This document shows positions 9,881 to 18,040 of a stretch of 64,000 nt of DNA, piece after piece. The position numbers and the translations under genes are program-made. The first letter of the stretch is position 1. Every line of letters starts with the position of its first letter. The DNA is taken from assembly GCA_965277805.1 (NCBI GenBank), contig OZ255842.1:3072001-3136000 (forward strand). Direction: 5' to 3'. Below the pieces are notes generated by a model. The model made no database searches. It was not told the DNA's origin and saw only the letters and a program-made list of their open reading frames with translations. This stretch comes from Candidatus Lustribacter sp. GTDB taxonomy: Bacteria > Vulcanimicrobiota > Vulcanimicrobiia > Vulcanimicrobiales > Vulcanimicrobiaceae.

Positions 9881-10420
9881 ATGAAAGCGCGTCACCAAAC
9901 GGTATCGAAGCCACAGCTCCTCGTCGACGGTGTCGACACCGAGTTCCGTTCGTTCATCCACGATTTTCTCGCCTTCTCGGCCCTGGTCAGCGACATCCGT
10001 GCCGGATTCGGCGCGTACCTCGGTATGACGGGCATCGGCTACACCACGCTCATCTCGATCGCCCACCTCCAAGGCCGCTTCGGCATCGGCGTCAACGCCA
10101 TCGCCGAGCACTTGCACCTCTCGGGCGCGTTCATCACCACCGAGGTCGCCAAACTCGTCCGCGCGGGTTTGGTGCACAAGGGCGTCAACGCGAAAGACAA
10201 ACGGCGCGTGCTCTTGACCGTCACGCCGGCCGGCCGTAAGTTGCTCAACGAGCTCGCCGCGCTGCAGGCGCCGGTCAACGATGCGCTCTTCGACTGCCTG
10301 AGTGCCGCGGAGTTCGCGCAGTTGCGCAACCTGCTCGCGCGCTTGGTGCCCTGCGGCACGCGCGCCATCTCACTGCAGTCCTACCTGATGTCCCCGCAGG
10401 ACCGCGAAGCGAACGCCTAG
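9881..10420 (+). CDS. MarR family transcriptional regulator
   Basis: wHTH 'IAEHLHLSGAFITTEVAKLVRAGLV...DKRRVLLTVTPAGR'. Confidence 0.85.
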   Translation: MKARHQTVSKPQLLVDGVDTEFRSFIHDFLAFSALVSDIRAGFGAYLGMTGIGYTTLISIAHLQGRFGIGVNAIAEHLHLSGAFITTEVAKLVRAGLVHKGVNAKDKRRVLLTVTPAGRKLLNELAALQAPVNDALFDCLSAAEFAQLRNLLARLVPCGTRAISLQSYLMSPQDREANA

Positions 10421-11358
10421 AGCGGGATTTGCGGCGCGAACAGGTCGGTCGCGCGCATCGGTGACTTGAGCACGCCGTAGTTCGCCAACAGATCGAGTAC
10501 GGGCTGTACGTCGGCCGGACGCATCCGTTCGGCGTAGGTCACGCGCGTGTACTCCGGGAGCATGGGCACGTGCGAGTATTTCTCGAGGATCTTGGCTGAG
10601 GCCGCGTGATTCTTGTTCGCCCACGCGCCGGCCGCAAGGACGATCGCGTTGATCTTCCGCACGATGTCGGGATGCGCGCGCGCGTAGTCTTCGGTGGTGA
10701 AGTAAGCGGCGATCATGAACTTATCGCCGATCGCGTCGTAACATGCGGCGAGCAGGCGCGCGTCGGGCCCGTGCAGCGCGTCGTCCATTGCCGGTTCGCT
10801 GACCGATGCGGCATCGACGCGGCCGGCCTTCATCGCCGCGACCGTCTGCGGATCGCTGACTTCCACCCACTTGACCGTTTTTGAATCGCCGCCGTTCTTA
10901 TCGATCCAGGCCTTCGCGCCGTAGTAGCTCATGTTCGAGATGTCGCGCGTCGCGATCGTCTTGCCGTTGAGGTCGGAGGCCTTCTTGATCGTTGAGTTCT
11001 TGAGCACGATGATGCCCGACGTCGGCGTCGCGCTCGAATAGATCGACGACGGCGCGATGATCTTGATCGGCAGCCCGCTCTCGCGCGCGGCAGCGATACC
11101 CGGAATCGTCATCGCCGCGACGGTCAGCGTTCCGCCGACCACGCCGGCCGCGGTCGCGCCGGGATTGTTGAACGCCTGAACGTCGACTTTCAGGCCGGCC
11201 TTCTCGAAGAGACCGAGATCCTTCGCGTAAAAGATCTCGCCGCCGGAATCGTTGGCGGTGCCGGCGATGACGATCGTCGCGTCGTCCTGCGCGAGCGAGG
11301 GCGCGGCGCCGAGCGCCAGCACCAGCGCGGCCGCGCCCAGCATCCGCGCCGCGCGCAT
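10417..11358 (-). CDS. NitT/TauT ABC substrate-binding protein
   Basis: Signal peptide; 'DLNGKTIA...WIDKNGGDSKTVKWVE'. Confidence 0.85.
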   Translation of the reverse strand: MRAARMLGAAALVLALGAAPSLAQDDATIVIAGTANDSGGEIFYAKDLGLFEKAGLKVDVQAFNNPGATAAGVVGGTLTVAAMTIPGIAAARESGLPIKIIAPSSIYSSATPTSGIIVLKNSTIKKASDLNGKTIATRDISNMSYYGAKAWIDKNGGDSKTVKWVEVSDPQTVAAMKAGRVDAASVSEPAMDDALHGPDARLLAACYDAIGDKFMIAAYFTTEDYARAHPDIVRKINAIVLAAGAWANKNHAASAKILEKYSHVPMLPEYTRVTYAERMRPADVQPVLDLLANYGVLKSPMRATDLFAPQIPL

Positions 11359-12161
11359 CAGGCGGCTTTGCGCTCCCGGATGGCAAGCAGCACGCCGTCG
11401 AGATCGGCCATGTAGACGTCGCCGAGATTCGTGCGTTCGAACAGCTTCTTACGCACGGCGCCTTCTTCGCTGAACTCGAAGCTCTTCGGGTGCAGGTCGG
11501 GATTGCGCGTGATGCGTTTGAGGTCGGTTTGAAACGCTTCGAGGCTTTCGACTTCGAAGCCGAGATGGTCCATCGCCGGGCGTTCGATGCCGCTGCCGTT
11601 GTAATCCGAAAGCTTCCACGGGATGATGACGAGGCTGATGCGGCCGTCGGAGAGTTTGAACGAACCGTTCTCCGAGGTCACGTTCAGTTCGAACACCTCG
11701 CCGTAGAATTCGGCCAGCCGCTCGGGCTCGATCGTGCGCAGCGCGAAGTGCGTGAACACGCGGTCCTGTTCCCAGGCCGGCTTCTCGTACACGAAGTCGC
11801 GGTTTTTCATCCCCTTTTGCGAGAGGTCGAAGTACGTGCCGATCGGGTCGTGTATTCCGAGTCCGGCGAACGGACGATTGCTGGGCCGCTGCGTGATTTC
11901 GATCTGCGGCCACTTCTTCGCCACGCGAGCGCGCACGGTATCGACGTCTTCCACCTGAAGGCCGAAGTGATCCAAACCGGCTTGCCGGCCGCAGACACGC
12001 GGGTTGATGTTCATGCCCACGTAACCGTCGCCGATCGCGAGCGCGCCGGTGTTGAACTTCGCCGTCGAGCCCGACTTGAGATCGAACAGGCCTTGGTAGA
12101 AAACGCCCTGCGCGGCGTAGTTGTCCGACACGATCGCGACGTGGTTCAGTTTTGCAAACAT
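11358..12161 (-). CDS. two-domain VOC/glyoxalase family protein
   Basis: 'LNHVAI', 'GLDHFGLQV', 'FTHFALR', 'MDHLGFEVE'. Confidence 0.8.
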   Translation of the reverse strand: MFAKLNHVAIVSDNYAAQGVFYQGLFDLKSGSTAKFNTGALAIGDGYVGMNINPRVCGRQAGLDHFGLQVEDVDTVRARVAKKWPQIEITQRPSNRPFAGLGIHDPIGTYFDLSQKGMKNRDFVYEKPAWEQDRVFTHFALRTIEPERLAEFYGEVFELNVTSENGSFKLSDGRISLVIIPWKLSDYNGSGIERPAMDHLGFEVESLEAFQTDLKRITRNPDLHPKSFEFSEEGAVRKKLFERTNLGDVYMADLDGVLLAIRERKAA

Positions 12162-12229
12162 AGCGGTCCCCTCAGGCCGGGACTACGGCCACCCAAGGGG
12201 GAGTCCTGCTAGGGCATGAAGGCCGCCTG

Positions 12230-12970
12230 ATGCGCGTTAAGACCGAGTTCGTCGACCTGCCGCGCGGGGGCGGTGTGATGCGGGTGATGCTCGCGCGCCC
12301 GGCCGACGGCCTTCCGCGGCCCGCGCTTGCGTTTTACTCGGACATTTTTCAGCTTACCGAATCGACGCAACGCACGATGCTGCGCTTTGCCGGCTACGGC
12401 TTCGTCGTTGCGGCACCCGAGATCTATTGGCGTTTTGAAGCACCGGGTACGGCGTTGGTGTTCGACGACGCCGGACGCGACCGCGGGCAAGCCGATGCCA
12501 AGCGCATGCGTGCGGTTGATTTCGACGACGATATCGCCGCGCTGCTGACCTACCTCGCCTCCCGCAAAGACGTCATCGCCGACGCAATCGGCGCCGTCGG
12601 CTTTTGCCTCGGCGGTCACGTGGCATTTCGCGCCGCACTCTCGTCACGCGTGAAAGCGACGTCGCTCTTTTATCCGACCGGACTGCACGCCGGCGATCTC
12701 GCCGGCGACGGCGATGCCGGATCGCTCGCGCGGGCCGCCGAGATTCGCGGTCCGCTGCTGACGATCTTCGGCACCACCGACCCGCACACCGACGCAGCCG
12801 GACGCGAAGCGGTCAAGCGCGGCTTGGATGCGGCCGGCATTCGTCATCGTATTTCGCTTTACGACGCCGAGCACGCGTTCATGCGTGATGTCGGCGCACG
12901 CTACGACCCGAGCGCAACTGACGCAGCCCTCGCCGAAGCGATCGCGTGGTTTCGCGAGAATCTTATATGA
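12230..12970 (+). CDS. dienelactone hydrolase family protein
   Basis: 'GFCLGG' nucleophile motif, 'DPH', 'AEHAFMRD'. Confidence 0.88.
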   Translation: MRVKTEFVDLPRGGGVMRVMLARPADGLPRPALAFYSDIFQLTESTQRTMLRFAGYGFVVAAPEIYWRFEAPGTALVFDDAGRDRGQADAKRMRAVDFDDDIAALLTYLASRKDVIADAIGAVGFCLGGHVAFRAALSSRVKATSLFYPTGLHAGDLAGDGDAGSLARAAEIRGPLLTIFGTTDPHTDAAGREAVKRGLDAAGIRHRISLYDAEHAFMRDVGARYDPSATDAALAEAIAWFRENLI

Positions 12971-13941
12971 AATCGTTTTGGATTCGTCCCACTGCGGACG
13001 GCACCGTGCTCGAGGAACGCAACGTTCCGACTCCCGAACCGGCCGATGGTCAGTTGCTCGTGCGCGTGCACGCGGCCGGCCTCAACCGCGGCGAACTGCT
13101 GTCCCGTCACGACCTGCACGGCGCGGGCGGCGAAGCGCGCCCGGCCGGCACCGAAGGCGCCGGTGAAGTCGTGCGCATCGGCGCGGGCGTCACGGCGTTC
13201 AAGCCCGGCGATCGCGTCATGGCAACCAGCCGCGGCACGTTTGCCGAGTACGTGATCATGCCGGTGGCCGTCGCGATGCCGGTGCCCGACACGCTAAGCT
13301 GGGCGGAAGCCGGCTGCACGCCGCTGATTTTTCTCGTCGCCCACGACATCCTCGTCGCGCAAGGAAAGCTCACGGCCGGCGAGTGGGTCTTCATTGCCGG
13401 CGCATCTTCGGGTGTCGGCGTGGGCGCGATCCAAGCGGCCAAGGCGCTCGGCGCCAAGACGATCGGCACCTCGGGATCGCCGGCGAAACTCGCGAAGCTA
13501 GCCGAACTCGGTCTCGACATCGGCATCGAAACGCGCGGTCCGGACTTCTACGATCGCGTCATGGAAGCCACCGGCGGAAAAGGCGCGGACCTCGTGATCG
13601 ATGCTGTCGGCGGCACGGTGTTCGGTGAGTGCATGCGCAGCATGGCCTACGAAGGACGGCTCGCAATGGTCGGCTACCTCGACCGCGTGCTGGAGAGCAC
13701 GATCGATCTCGCGACGCTGCATGCCAGACGCTTGAAGTTATTCGGCGTCTCCGCGGTCAACCGGACGCCCGAGCAGCGGGCAGCGGCGGTGCGCGCGTTC
13801 AAGGCGGATTTACTGCCGCTGATTGCAGCCGGCCGCCTCAAACCCTACGTCGACCGCGTCTATTCACTCGACGAGTTGCCGGCGGCGAAAGCGTTTATGG
13901 AAGCGGACGCGCACGTCGGGAAAATCGCCGTCGTTATGTAA
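12967..13941 (+). CDS. NADPH:quinone oxidoreductase / zinc-binding dehydrogenase (MDR) family
   Basis: 'AAGLNRGE', 'AGTEGAGEV', 'IAGASSGVG', 'HVGKIAV'. Confidence 0.88.
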   Translation: MKSFWIRPTADGTVLEERNVPTPEPADGQLLVRVHAAGLNRGELLSRHDLHGAGGEARPAGTEGAGEVVRIGAGVTAFKPGDRVMATSRGTFAEYVIMPVAVAMPVPDTLSWAEAGCTPLIFLVAHDILVAQGKLTAGEWVFIAGASSGVGVGAIQAAKALGAKTIGTSGSPAKLAKLAELGLDIGIETRGPDFYDRVMEATGGKGADLVIDAVGGTVFGECMRSMAYEGRLAMVGYLDRVLESTIDLATLHARRLKLFGVSAVNRTPEQRAAAVRAFKADLLPLIAAGRLKPYVDRVYSLDELPAAKAFMEADAHVGKIAVVM

Positions 13942-14883
13942 TCAGCTGCCGTCCCAGACGAAGTCGGCGGCGTTGACCTGCGGCAGAAACTTATACTTGG
14001 CGCCCGCATCGTAGACGACTTGCATGCCGGCTGCATCTTGCTTCGTCGAGAAGCGGCCGTACGCGCGCGGCTCGTTGATCGAGATGTACTTGTGCAGCAC
14101 GACGGCCGCTTTCTCGGGATTCGCCGTAGCCCAATCGCCGGCGGCATAGATCGCGGAGGCGAAACGGTGCGCCGCATCTTTGTTGGCTTCGAGCCACGGC
14201 CGCAGAGCGTACCACACCGTCTGCACGGTGTGCGCCCCGATCGCATCGTCGCCGCTGCCGATCGAACGCGTGCGATCTTTGGCCGCCGAGAGCATCGGTT
14301 CGGGCAAGACGCCCGCATCGACGCGACCCGTAACGATCGCATTGGTGACGAGGAGCGGCCCCATCTCGACGAACTTCACCGTCGAGACGTCGCCACCGGC
14401 CTGATCGATCAATGCAATTGCGGCCAGCGCTTCGAGGCCGTTGAGCGTCGAAACGGCCACCGACTTGCCGCCCAGATCGCGCGGCGAGGTGATCGGCGAA
14501 TTCTTCGCCACCACGACCGCGCTATTTTGAAAGCGTTTGTCGTGCACTTCGGCCGTGGCGATGATGACGAAGGGAATGTTGTGCGCGTGGGCCACGCCGA
14601 CTTGCAGGGCATTACCGGCACCGATGTGCAGGTCGCCCGACGCAACGGCCGGTGCGATGGGCGCCGCGGTCGGGAGCACGCGCACGTCGGCGTTGAGCCC
14701 GTAGCGTTTGAAGAGACCGAGCTCTTCCGCATAGTAGGCTTCGCAGAGCCCTTCGGTACTCGCGCCCGCGATGCGCACGGCACCGCCGCTTTGCGCGCGC
14801 GCGATCCGTCCGCTGAGACTCATCGCGCCGATGAGCGCGCCGCTGCCGGCCAGCCACGCGCCGCGGCCCGGACGATCGATCAT
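13942..14883 (-). CDS. NitT/TauT ABC substrate-binding protein
   Basis: Tat-like leader; 'DLGGKSVAV...DQAGGDVSTVKFVE'. Confidence 0.85.
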   Translation of the reverse strand: MIDRPGRGAWLAGSGALIGAMSLSGRIARAQSGGAVRIAGASTEGLCEAYYAEELGLFKRYGLNADVRVLPTAAPIAPAVASGDLHIGAGNALQVGVAHAHNIPFVIIATAEVHDKRFQNSAVVVAKNSPITSPRDLGGKSVAVSTLNGLEALAAIALIDQAGGDVSTVKFVEMGPLLVTNAIVTGRVDAGVLPEPMLSAAKDRTRSIGSGDDAIGAHTVQTVWYALRPWLEANKDAAHRFASAIYAAGDWATANPEKAAVVLHKYISINEPRAYGRFSTKQDAAGMQVVYDAGAKYKFLPQVNAADFVWDGS

Positions 14884-15311
14884 CGCGGCGCGGCGCCGAC
14901 CGGCTCTTTGGCCGTCTCTCCGGAACGTTCGACTTCCGTCTCGACGCGTTGGAAACCGTGCTGCGAGATGTCGAACATGTTGCCCTCGGGATCGAGCGCG
15001 CGCTGTTCGGCATACGGCCGGTCGGCCGGACGCTTACGCGGCGCGGGCACACCGGCGCGCGCGAGTCGCTCGCCGATCACGGCGTTGCTGTCGACCTTGA
15101 AACCGAAATGGTTGAGCCCGCGCACGGCTTGTCCGTCGGCGTCGTGCGGCAGCACGGCAACGGTGATATAGCCGTCGCTCAGAAAGACCGCGCCCGAGCC
15201 CGAGGGACTGCGATGGACGACGTCCATTTCGAACACGTCTTCGTAGAACTTCGCCATCTTCGCGGTATCGTCCGCAAAGAGTGCAATGTGGCGGATCTGT
15301 GGTCTCGGCAT
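14880..15311 (-). CDS. single-domain VOC family protein
   Basis: 'IRHIAL...FYEDVF', 'GLNHFGFKV', 'DPEGNMFDIS'. Confidence 0.85.
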   Translation of the reverse strand: MPRPQIRHIALFADDTAKMAKFYEDVFEMDVVHRSPSGSGAVFLSDGYITVAVLPHDADGQAVRGLNHFGFKVDSNAVIGERLARAGVPAPRKRPADRPYAEQRALDPEGNMFDISQHGFQRVETEVERSGETAKEPVGAAPR

Positions 15312-15385
15312 CGGAGGCTCCTCATGTAGCGCCGGCGGGCTTGGGCCTAGATTCGCAACGCCGTCGAGCCTTAACCTTCGAGCCG

Positions 15386-16435
15386 CTAGGTTCCGAGCCG
15401 CGGAAAGAGCTTTAGGGCGTTGCCGCGATTGATCGCCGTCCGCACGTCGTCGGGCAGCGTCGTCGCATCGAAACCCCTGGCGGTCACCGCAATCGGCACG
15501 TAGGGTGTGTCGCTGCCGAACAAGATCTGCGAAACGGGCACGAGGTTCATCAGCGCCGACATCGCCGACGGGTTGGTGGAGTTCGCGATGTCGTAGTGGA
15601 GGCGCTTGAGTTCGGCGATGGCGCCGTGCGGGATCGCCGCATCGAATTCGTGATGGCGCGCGCCGAACGCTTCGATGCGCGCCGAGATCGGCATCGTGGT
15701 ACCGCCCGCATGCGTGAAGATGAACCGGATGTCGGGAAATTGCGAGAACGTGCCGCCGAACAGCATGCTCGTGAGCGTGCGCGTGATCTCGAACATGAAC
15801 TCATCCAGCGACGCAGCAATCCCCGGCAACGACGTCGCACAGCATTGCGGCGACGTCGGGTGGACGAACACCACGGCCTTGCGCCGGTTGAGCTCGGCAA
15901 AGAGCGGCTTGAACGATGGATCGCCCGGGTATTTCTCGCCGTAACTCGAAAGCAAGCCGATGCCGTCGGCCTTGAGCACATCGAGCGCGTATGCCGCTTC
16001 GGCCAGCGAGCCGTCGACATCGGGCAACGGTAACGCGGCGAAGTTTCCGAAGCGGCCCGGATAGTCGCGCAACAGGCCCGCCGCGTACTCGTTGCACGCG
16101 CGGGCGAGCTTGCGCACCGTATCGCGGTTGTTGCTCAGCATCGAGAGCCCGGGCGTCGACATCGAGAGCATTGCCGTCGCCACGCCCGTGCGATCCATCT
16201 CTTCGATCGCCGCTTGCGGCTTCCAATTGAGCACGGCATCGGGATTCACGTCGGCGCCGGCTTCGATTTGCTTGCGTCCCATCGCCAGATACGGCGGCGG
16301 AACCAAATGATTGTGCACGTCGATGCGCCGCGGGCCCGGTGTCTGCGCGAGCGCAGCGTGGGAACCTGCCAGCAGCACCGCGCCCGTGCCGAGAAACGCC
16401 CGCCGCCCGAGCGCGCATACGTCGTCGCCGTTCAT
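15386..16435 (-). CDS. amidohydrolase family 2 (ACMSD/6-methylsalicylate-decarboxylase-like) with Tat signal
   Basis: Likely ATG at 16435; 'GRRAFL' Tat motif; 'IDVHNH', 'VFVHP', 'THAGG', 'FGSDTPY'. Confidence 0.85.
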   Translation of the reverse strand: MNGDDVCALGRRAFLGTGAVLLAGSHAALAQTPGPRRIDVHNHLVPPPYLAMGRKQIEAGADVNPDAVLNWKPQAAIEEMDRTGVATAMLSMSTPGLSMLSNNRDTVRKLARACNEYAAGLLRDYPGRFGNFAALPLPDVDGSLAEAAYALDVLKADGIGLLSSYGEKYPGDPSFKPLFAELNRRKAVVFVHPTSPQCCATSLPGIAASLDEFMFEITRTLTSMLFGGTFSQFPDIRFIFTHAGGTTMPISARIEAFGARHHEFDAAIPHGAIAELKRLHYDIANSTNPSAMSALMNLVPVSQILFGSDTPYVPIAVTARGFDATTLPDDVRTAINRGNALKLFPRLGT

Positions 16436-16477
16436 TTCTTGACAGTCCCCTACGATGCGAATAGCATCCTCTTTCAC

Positions 16478-17359
16478 ATGGAACTTCGTCATTTGCGTTA
16501 CTTTGTGGCCGTCGCCGAGCACTTGCATTTCGGACGCGCCGCAGAAGCGCTGATGACGGCGCAGCCCTCGCTCAGCCGGCAGATCCAGCAGCTCGAAGAG
16601 GAATTGGGTGCGACGCTCTTCGAGCGCAACAACCGCAATGTCGAGCTCACCGCCGCCGGCCGCACCTTCCTCGCCGACGCAAGGCGCACGCTCGACGCCG
16701 CCGATGCCGGAATGCGGCACGCACGCGAAAATGCGGAGGGCACGCGCGGAGAACTGCGCCTGGGCTTTATCGCGGGCGCGATGATGACGCACTTGCCGTT
16801 GGTGCTGCGCGAACACCGGCAGCGCTTTCCTGATGTCGACATCGTTGCGCACTCGATGTCGATTCCCGATATGCAGTCGGCGCTACATACCGGAACGCTC
16901 GATCTCGCGTGGACGATTCCGCCGCCCGATCCGGACATCACGTCGGCGATCATCACCGCAGACTCGCTGGTCGCGGCCGTGCCGGCCGGCCATCGCTTGG
17001 CGAAGCGCAAGGTCGTCGCGATCGGCGACCTCGCCGGCGACGCGTTGATCCTCCTCTCGCGGTCGGTCACACCGGTGCTTCACGATGATACGCTCGCGCT
17101 GTGTTTGGCGAACGGCTTCCGGCCCGCGCGCGTCTACGAATTCTTCGAAGGGTTGACGATGCTCGGATTCGTGGCGGCCGGTTTCGGTGTTGCGCTGGCG
17201 CCGTTCCCGTGGTCGGTCTTGCAGTTGCCGGACATTGCCTTTCGCAAACTCTCGGTAAATATCGCCTATAACGAAGCGCTGAGCTGGCGCACGGACCGGT
17301 ACACGCCGATCATGCGCACGTTCGTGGAAACCGCGACGCGCGTGCTCAAAGCTCAATGA
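16478..17359 (+). CDS. LysR family transcriptional regulator (HcaR/AlsR-like)
   Basis: 'MELRHLRYFVAVAEHLHFGRAAEAL..AQPSLSRQIQQLEEELG'. Confidence 0.93.
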   Translation: MELRHLRYFVAVAEHLHFGRAAEALMTAQPSLSRQIQQLEEELGATLFERNNRNVELTAAGRTFLADARRTLDAADAGMRHARENAEGTRGELRLGFIAGAMMTHLPLVLREHRQRFPDVDIVAHSMSIPDMQSALHTGTLDLAWTIPPPDPDITSAIITADSLVAAVPAGHRLAKRKVVAIGDLAGDALILLSRSVTPVLHDDTLALCLANGFRPARVYEFFEGLTMLGFVAAGFGVALAPFPWSVLQLPDIAFRKLSVNIAYNEALSWRTDRYTPIMRTFVETATRVLKAQ

Positions 17360-17406
17360 TACTTTTCAAGCATCAATATCAGACAAACAAAATATTGGAC
17401 GCATCA
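17357..17406 (+). promoter_or_regulatory. LysR-type binding site (T-N11-A dyad) upstream of the 17491 gene
   Basis: TGATAC-TTTTCAA-GCATCA overlaps the lysR stop and is followed by an AT-rich stretch ending AAATATTGGACGCATCA. Confidence 0.55.
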
Positions 17407-17490
17407 ATCGCGGAGCGGTAGCCTAAAGCCACGGCGGGTTGACCCCGCCCCGTGACCCCGAAAAAAATCGGGAAGAAAAAGGCTCCTCAC

Positions 17491-17937
17491 ATGAACACGC
17501 TTCTGCCCCGCACCCTGATCGCCGCCGCGGCCGTCCTGGCCGGCACGGTGCAGGCCAACGCCGCCGGCACGGCCGCCAATCTCGCCTACACCCCGCCGGC
17601 GGCAACCGCACCGATCCGCATCGATCAGATGCAGCTCCCGCCGTTCACCGCGGGCGAACACAACCTGCTGCCGCGCTACATCACGGTCTCGTTTACGAAC
17701 CTGCAAACGCAGCCGGCCACCGACGTCGTCTTCGGCATGCTCGATAGTAAAGGCCGCGTCGTCGACGAGTACGAGAACCGCGGCACCTTCTCGCCCGGCG
17801 TGAAGATCGCGGCGCAAGTACCCTTCGACCAGATCCTCGACAAAGTAGCGGGCTTCGACGTCGAAGCTGCAACGTTCGCCGACGGCACGACCTGGACGAA
17901 AGACGAGAACCTCAGCCGGCGCCAGTCATCGTTCTAA
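17491..17937 (+). CDS. secreted hypothetical protein (paralog of 20813..21334)
   Basis: Signal peptide; 'ITVSFTN..ATDVVFG..VVDEYENRGTFSPGVKI..FADGTTW'. Confidence 0.65.
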   Translation: MNTLLPRTLIAAAAVLAGTVQANAAGTAANLAYTPPAATAPIRIDQMQLPPFTAGEHNLLPRYITVSFTNLQTQPATDVVFGMLDSKGRVVDEYENRGTFSPGVKIAAQVPFDQILDKVAGFDVEAATFADGTTWTKDENLSRRQSSF

Positions 17938-18040
17938 TAGACTCCATCAAGACACTTCGCAGTACTCCGCCTCGGGCCGGCTCGGCGATGGACCGGCCCG
18001 AGGGTTTTCAGCGCCGCGAGCGCCAACGTCCACCGTCGGC

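Noticed and set aside
16454-16468. Palindrome GATGC-GAATA-GCATC between the amidohydrolase and lysR as a LysR box
   Set aside because: Spacing is T-N9-A rather than T-N11-A, and it is short enough to be chance.
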